64,000 bases of DNA, taken from Tubiluchus corallicola. Lineage: Eukaryota > Animalia > Priapulida. A program made the position numbers and the translations under genes. Below are positions 11,427-25,700 of this stretch, in pieces (the first letter of the stretch is position 1; the number at the start of each line of letters is the position of its first letter). The stretch is from positions 124,001 to 188,000 of the forward strand of contig JAQGDQ010000292.1 of the NCBI GenBank assembly GCA_030141605.1, given 5' to 3'. Below the pieces are notes generated by a model, which ran no database searches, was not told where the DNA came from, and saw nothing but the letters and a program-made list of their open reading frames with translations.

Positions 11427-13223
11427 ACAACACGTATTTATTACTCCAAAATAGTGCCCTATGACGTCACGTAGTTAGTAATCTTCAAAAAAGATAGCAT
11501 CGAACGTGAAACATTGCTTGAGACGTCAAGAAAATTGGTGTCATTAATTTTATTTGAATACATTGTTTTGATCGTGGTGCCCTATAACGCACTGCTTATC
11601 GACATAGTCTGTGGTCATTACGGCTGCTAGAGGTTCATTAAACAGCAAATTTAGTAATTTACAATGGCGTTTGTTGCTGAATTTCTGTGATTAACTGCAC
11701 TTAATAAGCAATTATGAGTTGAATAATTTTCTTTTTGATCTGAAGATCTAGCTTTCTTATAAATATTGCATTATGGGTGAGAAAAATAGATGTATGATCA
11801 CTGTCCATACTTATCGATTGAAATTAAGCATCGCTAAGCCCGATTAGCAAATGAGTGGGTGACCGTCAGAAACATTTCACTGGCCACATTATTACTGGCT
11901 ATTTATCTGGTTGGGAATATATTATACATTCGGTTGTAGCGAAAAGCTATATCTCTACTGTTGAATAACATTATCTGAGTTCAAGTCCTGCTGCAACTGC
12001 CAACATAATCTTTTGTTAAATAACGACTTGTAGTGTGTCGAAATGTAAAAAAGTCACATGTAAGAATCTTAGTAAAATAACGATAGAGTACATTGTTTCA
12101 TTTGATTAAACTGACTGACTTAATCGGAGAAGGCCTGTGTTATTAAACCATTAAATGCACAAAATTCTTAGACTGACGGGCCTGAAGCGCTCTTTTGCGG
12201 GCATATCTAACTTCAGGAAATCATTCGTCTCCGCGGAATTAAGCTGATTATTGTGGAAACTGTTCTCGTCGATTTCATTTCTATTCTTATCTGATTTAAA
12301 TGGGAGTCTGTAATATAGGCTAACATTAGAAGTGCCCACCAATGTGTATGCCGCCACTTAACTGACAACTCCACACAAGCAGTTCTTTATCGTCAATTCG
12401 GAACCGATGCAACTCAAGGCCCATTCAAAAGATGAAGGACCGCGATGCAGCTTACTAAAAACTCTCGATTGATCAGATCTCTTTTCCTCTCTCGTTCGAC
12501 TGTTATCAGTTTTATTGATCTAGTGGCTGATATGCCGTAGATAGAAACATATTGATCTGAACTTGAATGACTTTCAAGAAACTGGTTTGGGGCGCATACA
12601 TATTCATTCGGTATGTCCAGTCAGCCTCATGTAATGAGATATGAACTAGAAGTTAGATTAAATAACCGCTCTGAAAATGTGTAACCGCTTAAACTGACAA
12701 ACTTGCTAGTGACGCAACGGTTTAGTTGCGCTTTCCATCAACGTTACCCTACAATATCTTATGAATCAATATGAACATAGTCGAGACTTTCGAAGCTTCT
12801 AACCTAATCCAGTACTTTGATAACCAGTCATCCATTAAATTTTTGATTTATTACAGCAAAATCTAAATAAATCATAAATCTTATGATGGGCCCCAAACTA
12901 CATTAAATTGAATTACTGAGCTCAATGAAGTTTCGATCTGTATGGCAATAGATTTACAGATAACATTTGTGACAAACCATCTCCAAAAATGGAATTGTTC
13001 AACCGCTTACTTTCTTCAAAACAAAACAAAAACTAAATTTCAGTGCAAAACTATACGTTGCGAGTGCAAGATTGTGATGCTTTGAAAGGTGATAAGATTT
13101 CAGGCCATTGCTTAAGCTTGGCAAAAGCAGTAGCATGTTTTTATTCTCTGTAACCTGATTCATTGGTTCACTGGTCTCTGAGTACACCGGTATTTTTAAT
13201 AAACGAGTCACTTGGTCCATTGT

Positions 13224-13404
13224 GGGCAGAATACACTAATGGTTAGTTGATTTCATCTCTTAACTCTCAGGAAACAGAGCAAATGTTTACTGTTACGTCA
13301 CTCTCACTCTACAGTTACATTACAAACAATAGTACATGTAATGTACCATGTGGCTAATGTCACGCAATGACGGACTCATTTTACTTTAGAAGTGTATTCT
13401 GCCC
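13224..13404. mobile_element. Small MITE-like element
   Basis: Perfect 14-bp inverted repeat GGGCAGAATACACT / AGTGTATTCTGCCC. No clear TSD. Confidence 0.5.
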
Positions 13405-13779
13405 TTTTCACTTGAGTATTACGTTAACGTTTACAACTTGTGGGACCAAAGTTGTACAGTTAGCTCGTAAACGGCTCTACAAGAGCAATTAAGGCAAAAT
13501 GTTCTTTACGGTTTGGTCAATAATGACAAAGACGTCTAAGAAAATGTCATTTGCTTCTTTGTCATTTTCGTCCAGGCTCAGTAACAAATTGAGTTATATT
13601 ATTTTATTTTCGCACCAAGCGTTTAAATTGTTTAAATATCAAACCAACTACACATTCAAAATTAATTAAGCATTATTAATGTTGTGCACTATAATTCCTA
13701 TAAGTAGTTGATCATTATTAGCGCATATATACAGCATGATTAGGCCCTACGCCAAATTTTCTACAGTATTTTCTTACAG

Positions 13780-16700
13780 ATTGCGATGTGGTATTTAGAA
13801 GTGAGCCAGGTCGACCTCGAGACGGAACCTTCCATTCTCCCAATTGGCCAGATTCTTACAGTCCACATATGCAGGTAAAAAACCAGTATTTTTTAAAGAA
13901 TTTGATAAAATACTTAGGCTTCAGATACACAGGTGCATGGCTTACATCTTCATATAGCCTTGTTTAAGATCATGGTTAAATTGACGCAAATCATGCTTGT
14001 ATGTTTTAATTAGTAAGTACATGATCGATACTTCAGCGTTCAGTTTTGATTTTATGGATTTTTCTTTATGTCTTTTCCTCTATACACAAAGGTTATACAT
14101 TTATACAGCTTTCGAATCTACATCTAGTAACCAGCTTTTGTCCTTTTGAACCTTTAATGGCGAAAATAATTTTTATGATTCCAATGAAACAGTAATTTGT
14201 TACCTTATTCCAGTGTATGTTCAAGTTCATCGCTCAGCCGGGAGAACGGGTTAAAATACAATTCGACGACTTCAGGCTTACTGGACATCCACCTGAGTAA
14301 GAAAATCAATGTTGTACCTGCTTTTCAGAGCTTCCATTAGACTCTCCACTCACTTAAAAGCAATTAGCTGAAATGAGTGAGACTGAATGTTCTTCTTTGA
14401 TACGCAAAAGTAATATATTCATACCTTAAAGAGTAATAGTGCATCATTTAATTAAAGATTTTTTATGTCTTTCACATTTTTTGCCTGTCTGTCACAAAGT
14501 TCATCAACAACAATATAAAAAACCAGAACTCATACAAAATAGATGTTCAAGGAAATATAAGGTGAAACTCACCGCAATAAAATTTTAGTTTAGTTAAATG
14601 AGTTTGTAACAAAAAATAGGGCAAAGAGTTTTTGGCCAATTTGACAATGTGTACAGTTTTTAAACCAGTATGGCGATCAGCAATTTGTGAGTCTTACGCT
14701 TTCTGATGAAAATCTTGTAGAATGAACGTGATGGACATCATCAAAATTTCTGAAACATCTGTATCATCTAGTTTTACTAGCGACTAAATGAACTGCCGAT
14801 GACCTGGCGCCAAATCAAATTCTAACTGGATTTATATATACAGCTGCTTTTATGATCAAGCAAGTCTTTTATTGGTTTACTTCTTCAAGGTGCTCTGAAG
14901 ATTATATAGACGTCTACGCTGAACTTCGAGAAGCCAAAATTAACCTGAGTGACGTCTCGGTAACAATCAGCGGCAGGTGAGACAGTCAATTAGACCATCA
15001 TCTTGCTTGAATCTGTAATCCTTTACTGCAATATAACTCAATATATGACAGCTGCTCTTGCAATGACTTTGAGCGTCATTGATAATGAACTCAGGCAGCA
15101 CAGAACTGCAAACAGGTTTAAGTGCCTGATTTATGTGTGGGTTGTGGGTCAGGTCACTTGAGTGAGGGTTGAATGCAAGACTTAAGTGACCCAGGTTAAT
15201 ATTATGGACATGTCTTGTTTGGGGCAAGTTTTGTATGAAATCGTGTTTACCACTTTGCTTGTGCTACTGTCTTGAAGCACTCTGTATGGAGACTCTTCTT
15301 AATTTCGGGATATCGGTATCAGAAATGATATTAATCCCGGTTCTCGATAAAAGAATCTGCATAGCCAAATATGTCACCGTAATTAAAATAATTCTTCACG
15401 ATTGTAATTTCGAGATTATTGGTTATTATGGAATAAGCCGACAGATATTGATTTTTTGAAACCAAAGTTGACCAAACGAAGAAAACGCGAAACATCGTGA
15501 ATCAGACCGGATTTGAATCAGGAAACTTTGGTAGTGTGATTCCAGATTAGGAAATTCTGTACACAATTGAGACTTTGGTAACAGGTGCAAGTTAAGCTGG
15601 GTCTTATACACGGGGTGGTATCCTCTCACAATTCTGTGATGCAAACATACCATAGGTTTTTGACAGCATGGGTTTTAACAAAACACATTACTTGGTGCAA
15701 AACGCCGACTTTGAGTTTCGTGAAGATAATGATTTTTCAATTTTTATATCTTACCAACTATTTACATCTTGTAGTTTTATACCAACGAGCAAAAGTCATA
15801 TAAATAAGAAAATGATTAAACAATTTTATAGGAATACTAACTGCATTTATATTTATCAAATATATCCTCCAAACAAACCTAACCTAACCTAAAATAACAT
15901 AACATAACATAACATAACATAACATAGCATAGCATAGCATAGCACAGCATAGCACAGCACAGCACAGCACAGCACAGCATAGCATAACATAACATAATAT
16001 ATATTAATATACCACATAAAACACGTAAATAATACCAACAGCTCCAGCAATAGCAATCTGCCGAATTCCAAAGACTCGGCTATTAATATTCCTAAAGCTG
16101 AAAATCTAGCATGAAAAAACCTGAAATTCAAATTGCTTTAGTTATTATTCATACGAGGATAATATGGTTTCTTCGCTCGCTCGACAAAGAAATAACCTTC
16201 AAGTATGGCTATAGATAAAGTTAGTTCAAGTTAAGAAAGCGGGAAAGAGTTAGAGCTAATGGCCTAGTAAACTAATTTTCCAAACAGCAGGAAATTTGAC
16301 GCCGGCTGGAGAATCGTAATTTCAGTGCAATGAAAGTTTCGGGCGATTCTGAGTAGCTAACAATGAGTGAAGATGATTTACGTCATTCAGCGCTGGTTTC
16401 TAAAAAAGAGCGCAGTTTATCAAAAGCTTTAAAGAACTCACGTTGCTATTTTGTAATTCGCATGTAAATAAAATTTTCATTCAATTTTCATGTCGTTTAT
16501 CAACGTTTGATTTCGCAAATTAAAGCGCAATAGAAGTGTAATCTAGAACTATCTGTAATTATTAATATAAAAAAGAGATCTACCGCTTCTAAATAGCAAA
16601 TAGGAATTATACTGAAACAACCTTGCTGCAGAATACGGGCTATTAATGACTACAGTTTCAGCAACGCTTAATCAATTTATTTAGGTAGATTCTTCTTAGG

Positions 16701-19700
16701 GTAAATGGCTTTTGAAGCTTATTGACGCGAGAAGGTTTGTTGTTAAACTTTAGAAAGTCTCTATAAGTGTGACATTTTCTCACGTGTCATTGTCTACGTC
16801 AAAGCATAACACACAGATTGAAGTGCCGCGATTCCCATGGCGAACAAAGTGACACGTTTACTTGTTTTGTACAAATAGCGAGATAATGAAAAGACGGCCA
16901 GTTATTCCTAGAGCCTATAGAGTTCAAAACCACAAACTTATTAACAAAAACTTAATTAGACGTTTTTCTTTTTTTGGCTGATCTACGATCAAATAAAATG
17001 CATTCAATTTTTACACAAGAAGCTGCAATGTTGGTTTGACGGATGTATTTTTTACTACAGGTACTGCGGAGTTATAACACCAGGTGTTCGTATTTCATTG
17101 TATCAATACCTCATTATCAGCTTTATAAGTGATGTGGAGAGAAGCTCACACGAGAGGCGTGGTTTTACTGGAAAATGGAAGTTCATCAGTGATGGTACTC
17201 AATAGCGTTCCACGCGTTTTCGCTAATGATTTTATTTATATTAACACACCAGGTTCATTTCACATGTATGTTGACTTACACAGCTATGTGAATAACAGAA
17301 ATGTGAAGAAAGAACGACCACATGATATTTTACACTCTCTCCCCTAGTTAGTATTTTCCTAGTGTTATCTATTATGTAGGCCTATTGCTCGTCGAAGTTG
17401 CTATAAAGATACTAAGCAGCGGCATGTGGACCAACCAACGGTGTGTTAATCGAAAAGTTATGCAATTTTTACTGCAACTTGCTTTGTATAGGAATTAATG
17501 CATAGTGTTGTAACTACGTACAACACAGAAGAACATGATGCCGTATATCTAAGCACTAATGTTTGGTACTTTAATTCCAGATAAGTATCGTATTGGAACT
17601 GTGGCTCCTGGCAGTATATGTGACTTGACCATAGGCTCACAAGAGTTAGCTAGTGGGAACATATTATCTCCCACCTATCCAGGCACATTACCAAATTATA
17701 TCAATTGTACCTATTTACTGTTGGGACAGCCGGGGGAACGAGTGAAGTTGCACCTTACAGACTTTGACTTGTATTACGGGGGAGACCAGTATGTATATTC
17801 ATTATGAGTCTAAAACCTAACAATAAAGCAAACCAGTTTTAGTTACTAAAAATGTCTTTTATTCCGCTTTCAGTTTTACATTTCACAAATTTAAACTGTT
17901 TAATATGAATTTACACTCATGTAAACGCGTTAATTACTAATCCACGATCAAATGAAAACAATCAGAAAGCCATTTTGTTTAATGAATATTATTCAAACAC
18001 GAAAATGCACAACTCTCAGTTTATTGTGTTTTGAAAATTGGAATATTTCTCTCTTAGACCTTTCTTCTGTCTTTTATGAACACCATGAAGCCACAAAGTC
18101 CACAGAAAAACACGAAAAACACAAATGTAGAAGAAAAGCACTGCGCTGTGCTATACTCAATTAACTATCGTTCAATAAATTACAAAAAACCAAAAAAGTA
18201 CATTTCGATGTTTTTCGTGCTTTTCTTTATTTTCTTTCCACCTGAAGATAGCTCTCAGCGACGCACTGGCATATCACGCATTTTCAAATTATTTCCCGTG
18301 GAATTTATAATTTATATCTCATTGAGCTTTAACCAATTAAGCATTAAAATCACATAATAGCATTAGGTGCTACATACGAACTCTGATTCTTTGGATATGT
18401 ATTTGTGTTTTCACTGTGGTCGTATCACGAACGGCCATAGGTCACTATTCAAACCTAAACGGATTTATAATTTTATTGTACACTGTTGCAATTTTATGTT
18501 TATTGTTTCTTTTTAGTTGCCCGTATTCGTGGCTGAAAATACATGACGGCTCGTCAAATACTGCACCTCTTATTAACACGATATACTGCGGCTACAAGAA
18601 ACGAGGCAGCATCATCTTCTCTACACAAGAAAATCTTTTTATGGAATTTCATTCCTTGAATCCACCATACTCAGAGAATGTAGGATTCAATATTACCTTC
18701 CAGTTTAATAGAAACTTTGTTAATCTAGGTAAGTATGACATTGCAAAAGCACTGTGTTATGAATTTTACAGTGTTGATAACGATGATGATGTTTGTGGCG
18801 ATGGCGGTGGCGTTGGCGGTGGTAGTGGTGGTGGCGGTGTGATGGTGATGGTGGTAGTGATGGTGGAGCGGTGGTGGTGGTGGTGGTGTTGGCGTCTCAG
18901 CTCGGCACTCCTGCTACTGCTGGCGGTGGTACTGGTGCTGGTGCTGGTGCAGGTGATGGTAGTAGTAGTGATAAAGGTCATTATAAAAATGGCAATATAA
19001 TAGACTAAAATGTTAGTAGCGGAACGGGCGTCAAGTCTAAAACCTATTTACTGATTTATTGAAACGAGTCTTACAATAAATCGTTCCCTAATTTACATTC
19101 TCTTGGTATATATTCTGAATTTCTGAACGTCACCGCTCCTTAATTTTTAAAATAATCGTTAAGTGATCATAATTTGTCTAACAGCAAAGTGCTAGAATTA
19201 CCGTAATCTAGTGATGAAAAGTTTATTTGTCACAAATAAATGAGTTTCTGTTAAGAAGATTGTATCTGAGAGTGTAGGTAGAAGGATGATTGTTATTCCT
19301 AGTGGACAGCAGAGTCTGGACTTTTGGGAGTTGGATCCGCGATTCGTTTGTATCTGTCAGTGTCAATATACAATCTCGTGTCCAGTTTCCGAATAGGCTC
19401 TGCGATTGCGATTGCGATTGCCATTGCGATACTCGACTCTCTCCACCTATCAGAGGCGGGCACCTTTATAGGGTGCAAAGTCTATTCTTCTTTAACGCTG
19501 ATCTTTTATTTGTCTTTTCCAAGTTTAATGTCTTTATTTGTCTTTATCCTGTATTCCATACATTCGTTCACTAGATTTCTAATTTCTAGCAATCCTTCCT
19601 TTTCACTGTTCATTAATACATCTGAGTTCAAATTTTTTTTCCATTCTCCATATCTATAACATCTAAGCATATGTTCAGTAGTGTAATCATCTTCCTCACA

Positions 19701-22700
19701 CACTGGGCATAATAACTGATCCTTAAACTCATTCTTGTAGTTCCCTTTAACTTTAATCATATTCAGTCTTATTTTCAATATATCTTTAACCTCTTCTGGC
19801 TTGCATGTGTCTATGTAATTTTGTCGTTTCCACTCGGTATGCCTTAAAAATCTTAATTTAGTGCTGCTCCTGCATTTTTCTGCACATTCACTCTTTATAC
19901 AACATTCAATCTTATTCTTTATTTCTTTCTTCCATTCAGACTTTTTCATGACCTGCACCCTTTCTTTATTAGCATCTATGGTATATTTTTTGCAGTCTCA
20001 ACTACTTCATTATACCATGACCTTTTATGTACACTGTTTATTTGCATTTCGAGTACCTCTGATGCTGATCTCTTTGGTTTACTAATCAGTAAATTCCGAT
20101 AGAACATCAATCTCCTATAATTTACTTTATGTTTTAGAGGCCATATGCCTATTTCAGTTACTAATCCCCAGTATGGCGTTGATTCACTAAGTATAAATAA
20201 TGTTTTTAAAGCATTTGCTTGAATCATTTCTAATTTCTCCCAATCAGTTGCTGTCAAATTTGACCATGTCTCAGAACTATTTAACACTGCACTCACTGAC
20301 AGAAGCTCGTACAGCATTAGTTTCACCCCTACTGAGCAATCTCCCCCTTTCAGCTCACCTCCTATTGTATTGATGTAACTAATTATCATTTTGTTTTTCC
20401 CGGTTCGTTTTCCCAACATTGTTTCATAACTACATTTTGTATTAATCCAATCTCCCAAATATTGGTATTCCTCTACTTCCTTAACCTCTCCGTTCCTTAG
20501 TGACTCACATAATTCTGGAATCCTTTTCTTTCGTGTCATGTTAGTTCTCATATATTGTGTTTTCTGTATATTGAATGATAATCTTTTGGTTCTTTCAATT
20601 TCTTGACAGTTTTTAATCATCTGCTTGATTATAGTTTCGTGTCCTATTCCGACAATATCGTCAATGAATAATAACATACCCACATGTATATTCCTGCCCA
20701 TTACAGTCCCTGTTGTCACCATCTCATTAATCCGGTTTATTGCAGCACAACATAGTAATGGTCCCAGCACTGTTCCCTGTCGGACTATTTCATTTATTTC
20801 TATCTGGTCTGTTTTTCCCAATGTTGCTGCATTTCTCAATGTTGTTCAAGTTATGACTAGCTAGTCGTATCATTTTTGTAGCTTATTTTTAAGCTACTTA
20901 TTGGTCTTACATAATCTGTCCGATGGACATCAGTTATTAATTTATTACAATGCTTATTTGTAATAGTAGGTAATGCTGTTTTTACAATTGTGAATGTATC
21001 TTAAATTGTTGAGTTTGACTTGTGTAATTGTGTTCTTGATAACGTGGTATAGGTTTTTTATCAGTTTTTCATAGACTACCCAGTAAAATATAAAAAATAT
21101 CATATAAGTATCTTATCTATAGCTTGATCTCTTGATTTAAGTAACATGCTGCTTTACTGATAATTCTGTATAATATTTATTTAAATAAAAAAACAAAGTA
21201 TTATTTTTTACACCCCCGTAGAGGTGGATGTCTTGATGCAGTGTGAACTGTGCGATTCTCTGTTGATAGACCTCTAGGGGCTTTTTATGTAAATTTGAGT
21301 CTGGAAATACATTTGTGGTGTAACGGTTAACATAGGTGCCCATAAAGCAGATGGTCTGAGATCGATTCCTAGCGCAGATGGAAAATTTTTCAGACTATCT
21401 AATTTAGTATTTCTTTCATACGCTAACATAATTTTGTTATTCGAACTTCACAATTATTTAATTTAAATTCAGAAGTGGCAATTTTCAAATCAGATATAGA
21501 TTTATTTATTCTATTATGATGATGTTTTTTGCTGTTCTAGATTTCATTGGCCGTCCATCGTATCATGTTCGTGGTACAGAATGTGATCAGTTAATACTAA
21601 GTCATGGAGGTTCAACTGGGACAGTCTACTCACCAAACTATCCCAATCAATATGACAGGGGAATCGTCTGTAGATATTACATGGATGGATTAGAGGTAAT
21701 TGAGCTAGATAATTATCTGTCATTGGCAAAATTTACACACTTAATGGCACACTTAACACAAATTATAGCTAACAACTCGATGCTGCAAAGTCTGGACTCA
21801 CCATTGGCAATGAATGCATCATTCGAGAGACTATATTACTTCAAATCTATTTAGTGAGACGACTCACTGGCACTGGTCAAGTATACACTGAAGTAACTTC
21901 ACTGAAGCAATCAGTTTGTCACTGCAGCTTAGTAACTATATTATATTGAGTTTCTGACTGAAACCTAAATACTTCCCATGCAGTTGGTTAGGTAAATTAA
22001 TGGATAGGGCGGGCATGGACAGACTCAACATGGTGAACTAGTGCGCGTAATTGGTAATTATGAATGTTGCTTTAAACATGTAATCGTGAAAATAGTATTA
22101 TTAAGTTCGCAAAGAACGTGAATTGCTGATTACATATAGCAGATGTAAGATGTTAGTAGTAGATTGTTAGATGTATGGACTGAATAATGCACGAACGAAC
22201 AGACACACACAAAGAGAATAATGAATAAACAGATGGCAAACTGGCAAACAGATTGGACCAACTAATAAACAAAACGAGGGGTAGCAAACATCATATCAGA
22301 TGTTTAAAACCAGACACAAGGCTCCACGCGTGTATTTTTATGCACGAATTCTTTATTGATGCGTGATGACGTAATACTGGAAATTTGTTTACAATTTAAA
22401 AGTTTATGAAATAGATGTTGACAACTGACTTCATTATTTCTGCTATCATTATTTTGCCGTTGGCCAACAAATTATAATTAATAGACGTTGAGCTGCTTAT
22501 TCATGGAGAATTTTTCAGACAGTTTAATGCATTGCTGTAATTAATCTTCAAAACTGTGATCAATGGTTGCACTGTTGATACTGTACTAATTACCCGTCTC
22601 AGTCAGTTTATAGATTTTTATGAATAATATTTTTGTGAAGTTCTCTTACGCATGCGCAAAACGAGTTGAAGTGTTTTAGTTATTGGTACTTATGATTTAC

Positions 22701-25700
22701 AGTTGATTAGTTTTGGTTTATAAATTATTACAAGCGAAAAGGAAAATTTTCTGTTTATATTAAATTCTAGATTATATCTACTCTTCAGTAAATGATATTG
22801 AACAGTATTGTGAAATTGTATATGGGGTTGAAAAATTCAGATTTAAAACTACATTCTGTTTCCTTCTGACACTATTTTTTTGCAAAAATACGTAAACTTA
22901 TTCCATACTAGCATGAAATTTTGCAAAATAGTTGAATACTGAAAAGTCCTGCATACTGTATAATTTTATGTGATTCTCGGTTACATTACGGTCAATAATT
23001 TTTAATAAATTCATATCAACTATAAAGAGCGTGAGGTAAAAATCTGTTTTATAGCCGTTGTTAATGAACATGATTAATTTAGATACGTAACAAATGCATC
23101 TAAACATGTCATTACCACACAAACTGAATGTTGCTAACTAAATATTTCTGTTTAGATATCATAATAATATCGAAATGTGTTACTAAGATTACATTTAACC
23201 ATTAGAAAGGAAAGCACAATTTTAATAAACCAGCAGTGTAATTTGACTGCAGGGTTCTGGTCAAGTCACGCGCGGTCAATACGAAGATACTCATTAATTC
23301 CATCTTGTTCAAGTAATCTACGTCTAGATAGATATTGTTTAACCAAACCTAGAGACGGCTGAAGCAAATAGTCTGGATAATTCTCGTATGTGTCAGGGAC
23401 CATGAAGCTTCCATTTCTTACTGTGGCATAACAACAGTGATCTACATCGCAATGTAGGCCTAGATGTAACAGTGGACACATAAGAGTATTATTTTACTTT
23501 CTTGTATTATCCTAGGTGGCTTTTTATATTGAACGACGTCGCTTTTTGTGAGTTTCTAATTTACTCTTTGCCTCTGAAAAAAATTCGCTTAAATTCAGTT
23601 TAGTCAATACCTAAAAAAATTCCTAATCCTAACCGTAATAGATCTAACTTTTATAACAATGAACCAGCTTATTGTAGTATTAGCTGCTATATAACAACAC
23701 ATTATATAATGGCACTTTGCTCCGGTAGGGCCATTCTACTTGAACTTCATGTTAATTTTGACGAGTTTTTTGCAGGATGACCAAAACTTGGAAAAAGTGA
23801 GCTTAGTCTTCCAAAGTTTTGATATACCAAGAGACGACAAAAATAAGTAAGTAATTATTATTTTTATAAAAAATTGCAAATATGTGGGTGAAAATGGGAT
23901 TGGTTTACATTTGGATGGCATAACTTCATTAAAGCTGATAATTAATTGGTGAATTAGATGTCATAATGTCGGTCTCTTACTTGTTCTCATCCTCGGATTG
24001 TAGTGCTGAACGGGTTCACCAAGACCGGTTTCTTTTTAGTGAGCTGTTACAAACAGATTTAATAAAACATCTAGTTCGTTATTTCTCACGATCTTCATTA
24101 GTGATGGCTCTAAACACTGCTCGCCTTGCTCACCACGAAGTCAAAAGACTTCAGTTGTATAAACATTGGTACTTCGCAGTCCATTTTCGAATCATAATTA
24201 ATAAAATGATACATCTTCTTCTTGCTTTCTTTCTATATGTTGTTTTTAAGCTTTTTACATCCAACTCAATGCGCTCTGAAAGTGCGCTACAGTCCCGTGT
24301 TACACTTTATTAGATGTGTACATATACAATGAGCATCCGCAAAAAAACTTCCGAATAGAAGGGGAAACAGCAAGGAATTTGACCGTCTGCGGAGTGCTGC
24401 ATTACCCCCCCCCCCCGCCTAGTACATTTAGCTGAAGTTAGCCAGAAAACTGGAGAAAATGAAGTTATGATTATGTTTACAAATAGTAAAAGAATAATAT
24501 TTTTCTACAGATGTGATGATGGACATATAGCTATATATCTGCAGGGACAAAATGAATCATACGCAGCAAATCACCGGTGGTGTGGGAATAACACGCGCCA
24601 TCTAGTGACGTCGAAAGGACCTAGACTCTTCATGGTGTTTCATGCAGGTTCCTTACAAGGTGGCGGATTTAAAGCTCAATATTCCTTTCTTACAGGTAGG
24701 AACAATACATTACGCTGTTGCCACAGTGAAATAAAACAAAAGTGCACCATCTGGCAAAAAAGCCAAGCAAATTGTTGCACACACTGTTACTCAAGGTACT
24801 GATTTTAAGTCGACAGTCATTTTGCCTTAACTGATATCAAGTTTGCAGGCTCATTTTGAAGCTACAAGGTAATTTAGAACATTTAACCTAAAACAAATCA
24901 GAACTTTTTTGATAAGCAAGCAAACTATTCTGCTTTGGATTCTCTAGCACTACTGATTAAATAAATTAGTTGGAAATGTTTTCCAAATATACAACTCTTT
25001 GCACTAGTATGATAGCATACAAACTAAACTGAATTTTTGAACTTATATTAGATAGTTGACCTTCAATTTCTAAATTTTTCTAAATTATTGCAAATAAGTT
25101 TTTTTAAGTTTTATTTGCCTTATGGTGTCCTCCTTTTCGTTACTGAACCAAATTTTTTTCACTGGCACATTTGCCTTCAGTCATCTCTTTGTCAACGTTT
25201 CTGTGGCAAATAAGGTTAAAATATAATAAATATACTACTTTAACTCTTTAGATTATGGGATACCAGGGACACCAGCTCCAGATGGTTCCTGTCAGTTTTA
25301 TTACAAAAGCTCTAGCCAAGAGGTTGGCAGTTTCAAATCTCCACGTCATCCACATAATTATCCTGATGACACAGACTGTGTTTACCTATTTCAAGCAAAA
25401 CCAGGACAGTTCATACGTTTGAGGTTTGAGAAGCTGGCGCTTGCTGCTCATGTACAAGGAGGGTAAGTTTGATGTTTCCAACTGTTTCAAGTAAGGTTTA
25501 TTCAGAGATCTGTTTCTGGCAATATTTAACCAGGTTTCATTTCCAAATTCTTTGATGCATTTTTTATGTAAGCACTGTGTGATATGTCTCGCACCGAGCT
25601 TAGACCGAAATTTGCTTCTCAAGGTTTCGTTTGACAAAGTTTCGTAAATTTTATTTTTATCACTCTAGCTTTCTTTCGTTATGGTAATTCTATATTGGGA

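Noticed and set aside
15889-16131. ORF with MLCYA/VLC repeats
   Set aside because: Translation of a pentanucleotide microsatellite.
18729-19000. Hydrophobic/Gly-rich C-terminus of ORF 18416-19000, and antisense ORF 18766-18981
   Set aside because: Read-through past a consensus donor into trinucleotide repeats.
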